A stretch of DNA of 64,000 nt, taken from the NCBI GenBank assembly GCA_945929845.1, contig CAMEON010000001.1, forward strand, positions 8,060 to 72,059, given 5' to 3'. Position numbers and translations under genes: made by a program. This document shows positions 1 to 7,317 of the stretch, piece by piece (positions within the stretch are counted from its first letter, which is position 1; every line of letters starts with the position of its first letter). This DNA comes from an uncultured Clostridia bacterium (GTDB lineage: Bacteria; Bacillota; Clostridia; Oscillospirales; CAG-272). Under the pieces are notes generated by a model. That model was not told the origin of the DNA. It made no database searches and was given only the letters and a program-made list of their open reading frames with translations.

Positions 1-440
1 TTGCCTTCAGCCAGTTTCTGCTTATCCAGCCCCAGCACAGTACCGACTCCTTCCAGGGAGAGCGGGAGGCCCATGTATGCAGACCAAATCATGGTACAAT
101 GCCATGAAGCTGGATTTAGGTAATCGCCCAGGGTATCTTCCGGGATGCTGTAGCCGGTATTGTCAAAGCTGCCATGGTCCCGGAGCCAACGGGACAGGCA
201 GATCCGTTCAAACTGGGCATTGAAGGCCCATTTAATAACGGTGTCATCAGTCAAGGCGGCAACGACCTCGTCCGGGATCGTTTCTCCGGTGGCGAGATCC
301 ACCACTTGAACCGGAGCGCCATCTGCGGAATAACCGAACAGCAGAATTTCAAAATCTGGTGCTTCGGCATATTTGTAAACCCCACATTTGGAGAGATCTG
401 CGCTGCTGAACGTTTCGATATCAATACTGAGTGTTCTCAT
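1..440 (-). CDS. Phage-type DNA polymerase, N-terminal 3'-5' exonuclease part (partial, continues left of window)
   Basis: My translation of the minus strand from ATG 438-440 (SD GAGGTG upstream) gives MRTLSIDIETFSSADLSKCGVYKYAEAPDFEILLFGYS... DIET matches the ExoI motif of DnaQ/PolA-type exonucleases. The frame stays open to the window edge. The gene lies downstream of DUF2800/DUF2815, as in phage replication modules. Confidence 0.55.
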   Translation of the reverse strand, partial: MRTLSIDIETFSSADLSKCGVYKYAEAPDFEILLFGYSADGAPVQVVDLATGETIPDEVVAALTDDTVIKWAFNAQFERICLSRWLRDHGSFDNTGYSIPEDTLGDYLNPASWHCTMIWSAYMGLPLSLEGVGTVLGLDKQKLAEG

Positions 441-496
441 ATTCTTCACCTCAAAAAAGGAGTGGCAGCAGGGTTGGTGCCGCCACTCCATCGGTC

Positions 497-700
497 TTAC
501 TTCAGGGATTCCATGCGCTTCTGGTGGTACTCCAGGTCTCGGGCACTACGTTCCTCGTCACGCTTAGCCTGCTCCCGTTCGCGCTTTTCACGCTTGCGAT
601 CATAGACTAGGGACTGCACCGCTGTGATCAGAAATACGACGCTGAAGCAGAGCCAGGTGGCAAGGATTGCGGTCAGGATAATCGTCTGAATCGTTGTCAT
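497..700 (-). CDS. Small membrane protein, hypothetical
   Basis: ORF track 497..709. ATG 698-700 has GGAGG 8 nt upstream. One hydrophobic helix (IILTAILATWLCFSVVFLITAV) is followed by a K/E/R-rich tail. Confidence 0.45.
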   Translation of the reverse strand: MTTIQTIILTAILATWLCFSVVFLITAVQSLVYDRKREKREREQAKRDEERSARDLEYHQKRMESLK

Positions 701-717
701 AGTTGGCACCTCCTCAA

Positions 718-1290
718 TTAAGCCAGAAAGTCATCTTCAGCATCGGTGGCAAAGTCAGATGCGGCACTTGCTTTACCGCCGAGGGGCTCGCCATCCCGGA
801 TCTTCTGCAGGTTGTTCAGACCACAGGCGATACCTTTGTTGCCGTTGGAGTTAAACGCGTAGAAGCTGATGCTGGCACGGCCATACACACCGCTGTACAC
901 CTCGGAGCGGGTCAGAATGGGATTGCAGTCTGCATCCACGATGCCCGGAGCGGTGGCGGAGTTGGCGTTGATGAAGTAGCAACCAGCGTAGGCAGGATCG
1001 TCCGGGCGCTCGGTATCCCCATCCCGCAAGGGCGTCTTGATGGCACTCAGCGGAGGCACGCTCTTGCCGTTGCCGCGCAGTTTGCCCTGGCCCTCCTCAT
1101 AAGCTGCCTGAATGGCGGCCTTGATCTTCCCCACCGTGACGGTATCGGTCTTGGGGATGATGAGGGATACGGAGAACTTGGGGGCACCACCATTGATGGA
1201 CTTTGCCTCCCAGACGTTGGCATAGGACCAGCGGGTGTCCTTGCCGGTGATAACTTTCATAGGGTTGGTGGGTTTTGTGTTGGTTTTCAT
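718..1290 (-). CDS. DUF2815-family phage protein (ssDNA-binding-like)
   Basis: 190-aa ORF with SD AAGGAGG. The pattern MKVITGKDTRWSYANVWEAKSINGG...FYAFNSNGNKGIACGLNNLQ is as in DUF2815 proteins that pair with DUF2800. Confidence 0.7.
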   Translation of the reverse strand: MKTNTKPTNPMKVITGKDTRWSYANVWEAKSINGGAPKFSVSLIIPKTDTVTVGKIKAAIQAAYEEGQGKLRGNGKSVPPLSAIKTPLRDGDTERPDDPAYAGCYFINANSATAPGIVDADCNPILTRSEVYSGVYGRASISFYAFNSNGNKGIACGLNNLQKIRDGEPLGGKASAASDFATDAEDDFLA

Positions 1291-1291
1291 A

Positions 1292-2416
1292 TCAGTTGTC
1301 CTCCTTAAAATCGTCGATGATGGTTGTCATGGCCGGACGTTTATCATTTTCCGGCACGAGGGTGGGTTTGCCTTGGGGCTTGGTAATCAGGCCTCCAAGG
1401 ATGTCGTTGAATTGCTTTTTCCCGAGAAGCGTAGTCATGGCAGTAACTCCAAGGAGCTTCTGCTCGTATGGGTCATACCCGGCGGCTTTGACAGCATTCA
1501 CCACAGCATTCTCATCTGTGTACCTGCGGTTGGCACGGCCTTCCACCAGCTTGTAGCCAGACCAGTGTTTCCCGCTGATCGCTGCCTGCAGGGCATATTC
1601 CTTAATATCGGATGCCCAGCTGATCAGCTCGTCCAACTGCCCGAGGATCGTTTCCACTTCTTCATCGGTGAGTAAGGGCGGCTGCCGGAACTCGTATTGT
1701 GCCAGCGCCATGTTGGCTTTGGCTCGCTCCCGGCAGTCGGCTTTGGCCTTGCAGAACTGGCACCACTCGCCGCAGTGAAATTCACCGCCGCCATTGAAGG
1801 CCAGTTTTGCGGTTGGCATCAGAACCTGGTTTGCCCAATCCAGTAGCTCCTGCCTGGGAACCGTACAGGTACTGATGTTGGCCCGGCGGGGCTGATAGAT
1901 GGTCATGCTGATGGTAGAAATATCATAGAGACAGTCGAAAATCTCCAAGGCTCCCAGCACATAGAGCCGCATCTGGGGATTGCCCTCGGCTTCCACCAGC
2001 ACTCCGCGACCATGCTTGTAGTCCACGATGTGTAGCGTATCATCCGCAACGATCACGCAGTCGCCGGTTCCGAAGCCGGACTCCACGTATTTGGAATAGT
2101 CCAGCTTTTGCTCGATCAGGACGATCGGGTCCGGGCAGTTTTGCTTGGCCTGCTCAACCAGCTCCAGCGCGAAGGCTGCATACCCGTTGGCGCATTCCTC
2201 CATCTCACCGTTGTAATAGGTGAGATTTTCAGTGGGATCTTCGGCCTCCATGCCCAGCGCCTTGCGGAGCTTGTACTCGCAGAGGCTGTGGGCATCAGTG
2301 CCCTCGGCGGCAAAATCGCTGCTTTTATCCTCATAGTTCTCGCAGAGCCGTGCCGAAGGTGGGCAGTTCAGCCACCGGCGGGAAGAGGAAGCGGAGAGAA
2401 GCGCATGTTTACCCAT
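1292..2416 (-). CDS. DUF2800-family PD-(D/E)XK (Cas4-like) phage nuclease
   Basis: 374-aa ORF. The N-terminus HALLSASSSRRWLNCPPSARL and the C-terminal Cys cluster CGEWCQFCKAKADC are characteristic of DUF2800. Confidence 0.7.
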   Translation of the reverse strand: MGKHALLSASSSRRWLNCPPSARLCENYEDKSSDFAAEGTDAHSLCEYKLRKALGMEAEDPTENLTYYNGEMEECANGYAAFALELVEQAKQNCPDPIVLIEQKLDYSKYVESGFGTGDCVIVADDTLHIVDYKHGRGVLVEAEGNPQMRLYVLGALEIFDCLYDISTISMTIYQPRRANISTCTVPRQELLDWANQVLMPTAKLAFNGGGEFHCGEWCQFCKAKADCRERAKANMALAQYEFRQPPLLTDEEVETILGQLDELISWASDIKEYALQAAISGKHWSGYKLVEGRANRRYTDENAVVNAVKAAGYDPYEQKLLGVTAMTTLLGKKQFNDILGGLITKPQGKPTLVPENDKRPAMTTIIDDFKEDN

Positions 2417-2726
2417 GGGTCAGGCCCTCCGCATCTGCGACCAGCGCCTTGTAATTTACCGGGTCAATCTCGGAGAGCTTATGGGCCCCATACCTTTGAA
2501 GAAGGGCACGAATTTGAGCGGTAAAGCCGTCACGAGACTTGGCTGCCAAGATGGCGCGAACATCCTCAAAGGCGAGCTGGGGTTCCGGAGCAGCTGGAGC
2601 AGGTTCTGCTTCGTGTTCAGCATCGGCACTGAACAAGCCGGTCAAGTAGTTGGCAATGTCATTAATAGAAGCAGCAATGTCCCGCAGTTCTTTGATGGTG
2701 GCATCCATCTCGCTCATTTTGCTCAT
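2409..2726 (-). CDS. Hypothetical phage protein
   Basis: 105-aa ORF with strong SD (AGGAGG) before ATG 2726. Its stop overlaps the DUF2800 start. I recognise no motif. Confidence 0.45.
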   Translation of the reverse strand: MSKMSEMDATIKELRDIAASINDIANYLTGLFSADAEHEAEPAPAAPEPQLAFEDVRAILAAKSRDGFTAQIRALLQRYGAHKLSEIDPVNYKALVADAEGLTHG

Positions 2727-2871
2727 AACGGTTTCCTCCTTCCTGAGATTGACTTGCCTGAGCCACGCGGATCATCTTGTGCGCCAGGCGTTTTGATACG
2801 GTACTAATTGCCATGAGCAGCCCGATGATTTCCTCATTTGCCGCCCTGGTATCCGCTTTGGATTGATACAT
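2662..2871 (-). CDS. Small hypothetical protein
   Basis: Internal ATG 2869-2871 of ORF 2662..3231 is preceded by AGGAGG. It encodes 69 aa starting MYQSKADTRAANEEIIGLLMAIS. It overlaps the next gene by 65 nt, so the call is tentative. Confidence 0.3.
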   Translation of the reverse strand: MYQSKADTRAANEEIIGLLMAISTVSKRLAHKMIRVAQASQSQEGGNRYEQNERDGCHHQRTAGHCCFY

Positions 2872-3022
2872 CGGCGGTTCCTCCTTTCTAAGGACTTGTC
2901 CGTTCCTGTCCTCAGTACCCACTGGAGGAAAGCTGCTGTTTTGAACGAAAATATCTGAGACTTTTTTGAGAAAAATCTGGCCACCGCAGAATGTACCTGC
3001 AGTGGCCGGTTTGGTTACATTG

Positions 3023-3526
3023 TTATAAGTAGAGATCCTCCAGTGCTTCACGCAGTGCTGCAAGGACTTTCCGTTTCTGGTAGTTGACGGTGGACTGCCG
3101 CCTGCCCATGGCCGCTGCAATCTCCCGTTCCGACATCCCCGCCATGATGAGCTGGCAGATGCGCTTGCCGTCCGGGTCCAACCGTTCCAGTTCAGCGTAC
3201 AGTGCCTGAAGCAGTTCCCGGTCAGCGACAATGGATTCTGGACTGGGAGCTCCGGCGGTCAGGGTATCGCCGAGCGTCAGATCATCGTCCTCACCGCCAA
3301 TGGGAGTGTCGATGGAGACTTTCTTTCCGGCAGCATAGTACGGACAGCCAGGGCAGATGCCATCACATTTCCAGAGCTGGGCCTTGGTGCAGCGGCACTC
3401 GCCGTTTTTCTGCGCGTGATATCGGGTGTTCCAAATTGGCTGGTAATAGGCGCGATAGACTTCCTCGGTAACCTCGACGAGCTCACCGTCGACGGGAATA
3501 AAGTACTGCTTGTCCTTGTTTTTCAT
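3023..3526 (-). CDS. Sigma-70 family (region 4) phage/ICE-type sigma factor
   Basis: ORF track 3023..3541. ATG 3524-3526 lies 8 nt after GGAGG. The C-terminal LERLDPDGKRICQLIMAGMSEREIAAAMGRRQSTVNYQKRKVLAALR is a sigma region-4 HTH. Confidence 0.65.
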   Translation of the reverse strand: MKNKDKQYFIPVDGELVEVTEEVYRAYYQPIWNTRYHAQKNGECRCTKAQLWKCDGICPGCPYYAAGKKVSIDTPIGGEDDDLTLGDTLTAGAPSPESIVADRELLQALYAELERLDPDGKRICQLIMAGMSEREIAAAMGRRQSTVNYQKRKVLAALREALEDLYL

Positions 3527-3530
3527 TGAA

Positions 3531-3631
3531 ATTTCCTCCATTCGATTTGCTTGGAATGGAGGAAATCTCGTGGTCAGCTGCCAAGTGGCAATAGTAATCC
3601 AACCGCAGTCCTGATGGAGTCACCTCCATTC
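3531..3631 (-). promoter_or_regulatory. Possible RBS-sequestering leader of the sigma gene (mutually exclusive pairings)
   Basis: A 13-bp perfect inverted repeat, 3531-3543 with 3554-3566, covers the SD. Segment 3553-3562 can alternatively pair with 3622-3631 (10 bp). Confidence 0.3.
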
Positions 3632-3974
3632 CGGATTGCAGCTTCCCGCTCAATAGGCAGCTGTAGATATTCGGTTTTACCGTCATCTATCGTTGAGCCA
3701 TCGCTGATCAAACGACGCGATGTTTGACAGGCATGTACCAAGATGCAATCGCAAAAATCCTGCTGCTTAGCGAAATTTACTTTCGCGTTTACAAAATTAT
3801 GTAGATTTTTGCGAAATCTCATGATACAATAAGTAGTGTCGGATTTTAGCTGATAATTTGTCGCCACCATCGGTTCACTACACCACTAATTTTAGTGAGA
3901 CAAGCCCAAAAAGTAATTAGTGCAGAGTTCGAGTAGAATTCGATAATATTTCGAGTTAGAAAGGAGAGAGCGCA

Positions 3975-5186
3975 GTGACAGAACTTTGTTTCGCTGAATT
4001 CGCAAAATGCCTTCAAAGCGCTATGCAGCCGCCCAATGACGACAAAGATGTTGTTGAACTTTTATTGGGTTGGATCACTGACATGCCAAGCGTTGTTGAT
4101 AAGAAAGGTAATCCAATCCATATTGCACCGTCACTGGTCAGCGATCTCCTTAACCGAAAAGTGGATGTTCCAAAAGCAATTAAAAATATTTGCAGTACAA
4201 GAAAGGTTCTAACTGAAGCGAAAAAGCATTTTGAATATCAGGTCCTGCCCTACCTGAATCCGATTGTCAGCGACGACATGTTTGAGGCAATGGGAAAAGA
4301 TGTAGAGGGTGATGAGATAATGGCCTCCAAAAAGAAAAAGGAACTGGCGTCTCTTCTCGAAAATGGAAAAGAAGCCGAGTTCCTTGGGCAGTTACTCATG
4401 TATGTAATCAATAGAGAAAATCGTCTTTCTAACAAACCTGTTGTAAGCGAGGATATTCCTCTACTGGCAGAGGCGGATTTTGAATGTCCAATTTGCCATG
4501 CTCCATTGGTAGAGTATGTAAAGAATACACCGGTTAAAAAATATGAAGTAGTTAAACTATATCCTGACAACGCCACAGAGTTTGTTTCAGAATTCGCTTT
4601 GATTCCAAGGCCAAAGCGGGTAGATGCGCCTGGAAACAAAATGGCATTATGCCGTGAGCACGCAGAGGAATACATGCTAGAGCCTACTGCAGAGGAATAT
4701 GGCCAGTTGCGGGAAATCAAAGATCGGTTGGCTGCAGCATACTCTTTGCGTGTAGATGTTAATGACTCTGCTCTTGAAGATGAAATCCAAAACGTGTTAT
4801 ATGGCTTGGCAGGGATTACCGATGATACGGAGTTAAAAGAACTACCACTGAATGCCTTGCGTTTGGACCAGAAGATCCTACCAGAGAATCGCCTGTTGAA
4901 AAATGATGAAATGACGCGGGTCTTACGCTATTACAATTTTATAGATGACCTGTTTTCTGCAATGGATCGCGATGGTACTGGTGATTTTGACCTTATAGCA
5001 TCCGAAGTTGCGACGGCATATAAAAAGCTTGATAATGGCCAACTCTCTCAAGATGAGATTGTAAATCAGTTGGCAGAGTGGATAAAGAATAAATCAGGTG
5101 TTGGTAGTAAGAATATGCGGGCTTGCCATATCGTGGTCGCATATTTCATACAGAACTGTGAGGTGTTCCGTGAAATTTCCAAGTAA
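3975..5186 (+). CDS. ABC-3C / Lamassu-like effector component (LmuA-like position), catalytic domain unrecognised
   Basis: 403-aa ORF with a GTG start 6 nt after AAGGAGAG. It is the first gene of a tightly overlapping trio. There is a Cys/His cluster, CPICH...GNKMALCREH. The C-terminus ...ACHIVVAYFIQNCEVF resembles the coupling domains of ABC-3C effectors; this rests on memory, not a search. Confidence 0.6.
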   Translation: MTELCFAEFAKCLQSAMQPPNDDKDVVELLLGWITDMPSVVDKKGNPIHIAPSLVSDLLNRKVDVPKAIKNICSTRKVLTEAKKHFEYQVLPYLNPIVSDDMFEAMGKDVEGDEIMASKKKKELASLLENGKEAEFLGQLLMYVINRENRLSNKPVVSEDIPLLAEADFECPICHAPLVEYVKNTPVKKYEVVKLYPDNATEFVSEFALIPRPKRVDAPGNKMALCREHAEEYMLEPTAEEYGQLREIKDRLAAAYSLRVDVNDSALEDEIQNVLYGLAGITDDTELKELPLNALRLDQKILPENRLLKNDEMTRVLRYYNFIDDLFSAMDRDGTGDFDLIASEVATAYKKLDNGQLSQDEIVNQLAEWIKNKSGVGSKNMRACHIVVAYFIQNCEVFREISK

Positions 5187-5397
5187 AGTGACGCCTTATC
5201 AGGCGAGTATTTTGGCTAAGTTTCCTGTGGTTTTGTCCTGCTTGGAAACGGAAGACATGAAGCCTGACATGCTATATAAAAAAGTGAAATCTAAGGTTTC
5301 AGATGTCGGGGAGTTCTTGGAGATACTAGATTGCCTGTATGCATTAGGTAAGATTGAATTGTACCCGGAAGGAGGTGTGCTTCATTATGTTGGTTGA
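5170..5397 (+). CDS. ABC-3C middle component / LmuC-like small protein
   Basis: A 75-aa reading from GTG 5170 (SD GAGGTG just upstream; alternative starts GTG 5188 or ATG 5098). The pattern ASILAKFPVVLSCLE...ML...EFLEILDCLYALGKIEL is typical of small winged-helix middle components. It overlaps both neighbours. Confidence 0.5.
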   Translation: MKFPSKVTPYQASILAKFPVVLSCLETEDMKPDMLYKKVKSKVSDVGEFLEILDCLYALGKIELYPEGGVLHYVG

Positions 5398-7036
5398 GAT
5401 TATGTGTGAGGAATTCAAAGATCATGGAACGCCACGAGGTCGCATTCAGCTACATTCTGGACTTAATACCGTCATGGGCAGTTCGTCCGGCTCAAATTCG
5501 ATTGGTAAATCCACGTTTCTCATGATTATCGATTTTGTGTTTGGCGGCGATGACTATGTTGAGAAACTGACTGACGTGCAAACAGAAGTCGGTGAACATA
5601 GGATCTGCTTTGCCTTTCAATTTAAAGATGGAGTACACTATTTCTCTCGATCTAATGTCGACTATAAAAACGTGCAGAAGTGTGACAAGGATTATAGACC
5701 GCTTAAAGATGGCCTGATCTCTATAACTCAGTATCTATCGTTCCTACAAACGCATTACGACATGGACTTGGATGGATTGACATTCAGAAATGCGATAGGT
5801 CGATCAATACGAGTGTATAAACGTGAGACGCTGGATGAAGAGCATCCTCTCCACCAAGCCAAGCAAGAAACAGCCAAGTCTGCTATCGAAGGTCTACTAA
5901 AGCTGACGGATTTGTATTCAGGGATTGAGGCGCAGTCCAAAGTTACCGCAGAGGCGAAAGATAAATATTCCACTTTCAAGAAAGCTCAAAAGTATCAGTA
6001 TATCCCATTCGTTACAAAGCAGTCAGATTACAACAAGAATGAAGGCCGCATTGCCGAGTTAACCGCGCAAGCAGAGGAACTTGCTCGTAAAAGCTCTAGC
6101 GGATTATTGGATTTGGATTCTGTTCAGGCAGAACAGCTTTCTATCCTTCAGGGTAAGCTGTCAAATTTCAAAAGGCAACGTTCCCATTTGTTAGCACAAT
6201 TGCGGGCAATCCGAGCCGATCAGAATTTGGGTAAAAAGAGCTTTAAACGAAATTATGATGACCTTCTTCGCTTTTTCCCAGAAGTAAATCTGCAGCGTAT
6301 CGAGGCTATCGAAGGATTCCATAAGCAGTTAGTTGGAATATTGAAAAAGGAGTTTTCGGAAACTGAAGAAAGTATTCAGGCCACGCTGGCGCTTATTGAA
6401 TCTGAAATGGCACAGATTGAAGCGTCTATCTCGCAGATGGCCAAAACAACGGATTTGTCTAAGGTTGTACTGGAACAGTATGCAGCTATTGACAAAGAGC
6501 TTAAAACGCTTCAGACTGCAAATGAAAATTATTTGAAGACGATGGAGCTGTCCCAGGTTGCAAAGGCATATGAGGAAGAATTAAATCGTCTTGTGGTAGA
6601 GCAGATCACTATTATGCAGCAAGAGATCAACGCCGAAATGGTGAGAATAAATAACGAAATTTATGGGGGTCGAAAAACATCTCCTACGCTCACAATATCG
6701 GACGCCTCGCATTATGTGTTTTTCACACCGAGAGATGGTGGGACTGGTGCGCAGTATAAAGGTCTTGTTGTGTTTGACTTGGCAATGCTAGAGTTGACGA
6801 GGCTGCCCGTTATAGCGCATGACTCGGTTATGCTGAAGCACATTGAAGACGATGCAATAGAAAAAATAGTGGAATTGTATGCCAGTACACCTAAACAGGT
6901 ATTTATCGCTATGGATAAGGAAGGCTCATATACACCCAAAACCCAGAAAATTCTGGAGGCCACAAAAATATTGCAACTGAGTCCTGGCGCGGGTGCTCTA
7001 TTTGGACGCACTTGGAACGACGTGGAAAGAACGTAA
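5387..7036 (+). CDS. Coiled-coil ABC (SMC/Rad50-like) ATPase, DUF2326-like; ABC-3C ATPase / LmuB-like
   Basis: The start MLVEIMCEEF (ATG 5387) overlaps the stop of the small ORF. Walker A is GSNSIGKST (~5477-5515). A long E/K/Q/L-rich central region is coiled-coil-like. The C-terminal part has DGGTGAQYKG followed by LPVIAHDS (signature and Walker B-like). Confidence 0.75.
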   Translation: MLVEIMCEEFKDHGTPRGRIQLHSGLNTVMGSSSGSNSIGKSTFLMIIDFVFGGDDYVEKLTDVQTEVGEHRICFAFQFKDGVHYFSRSNVDYKNVQKCDKDYRPLKDGLISITQYLSFLQTHYDMDLDGLTFRNAIGRSIRVYKRETLDEEHPLHQAKQETAKSAIEGLLKLTDLYSGIEAQSKVTAEAKDKYSTFKKAQKYQYIPFVTKQSDYNKNEGRIAELTAQAEELARKSSSGLLDLDSVQAEQLSILQGKLSNFKRQRSHLLAQLRAIRADQNLGKKSFKRNYDDLLRFFPEVNLQRIEAIEGFHKQLVGILKKEFSETEESIQATLALIESEMAQIEASISQMAKTTDLSKVVLEQYAAIDKELKTLQTANENYLKTMELSQVAKAYEEELNRLVVEQITIMQQEINAEMVRINNEIYGGRKTSPTLTISDASHYVFFTPRDGGTGAQYKGLVVFDLAMLELTRLPVIAHDSVMLKHIEDDAIEKIVELYASTPKQVFIAMDKEGSYTPKTQKILEATKILQLSPGAGALFGRTWNDVERT

Positions 7037-7066
7037 TAACTTATAAAAATCAACCAGGAGGGAACT

Positions 7067-7315
7067 ATGCGTTTCAGTTACAACAAACTCTTTAAATTGC
7101 TAATAGACAAGGGAATCAAAAAAAGAGAGCTCTGCGAGATGGCTGAAATAAGTGCCACCTCTATAGCAAAGCTTGGTCATGGGGGAAATGTTAACACAGA
7201 AGTTTTAATGAAAATCTGTAATGCGCTGAACTGTGATGTGGGGGACATTATGGAATTTGTTAAAGACGATTTGACTGACGCCAAATCGGAAAGGCTTGAG
7301 AACGGAGGCAAATGA
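7067..7315 (+). CDS. XRE-family helix-turn-helix transcriptional regulator
   Basis: 82-aa ORF with SD AGGAGGG. KRELCEMAEISATSIAKLGHGGNVNTEVLMKICNALNCDVGDIMEF is a classic Cro/C1-type HTH. It abuts the hsdM start. Confidence 0.8.
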   Translation: MRFSYNKLFKLLIDKGIKKRELCEMAEISATSIAKLGHGGNVNTEVLMKICNALNCDVGDIMEFVKDDLTDAKSERLENGGK

Positions 7316-7317
7316 TC

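Noticed and set aside
174-605. 143-aa plus-strand ORF at the left edge
   Set aside because: It is antisense to the polymerase fragment and to the small membrane-protein gene, both of which have SD sites and recognisable features.
3574-3870. 98-aa minus-strand ORF in the AT-rich spacer between the sigma gene and the island
   Set aside because: It has no convincing SD before ATG 3868-3870 and no motif, and it overlaps the proposed sigma-gene leader structure. A small phage gene cannot be fully excluded.
5098-5169. ATG 5098 as the start of the small middle-component ORF
   Set aside because: It would overlap the effector gene by 89 nt and has no SD. GTG 5170 has GAGGTG just upstream.
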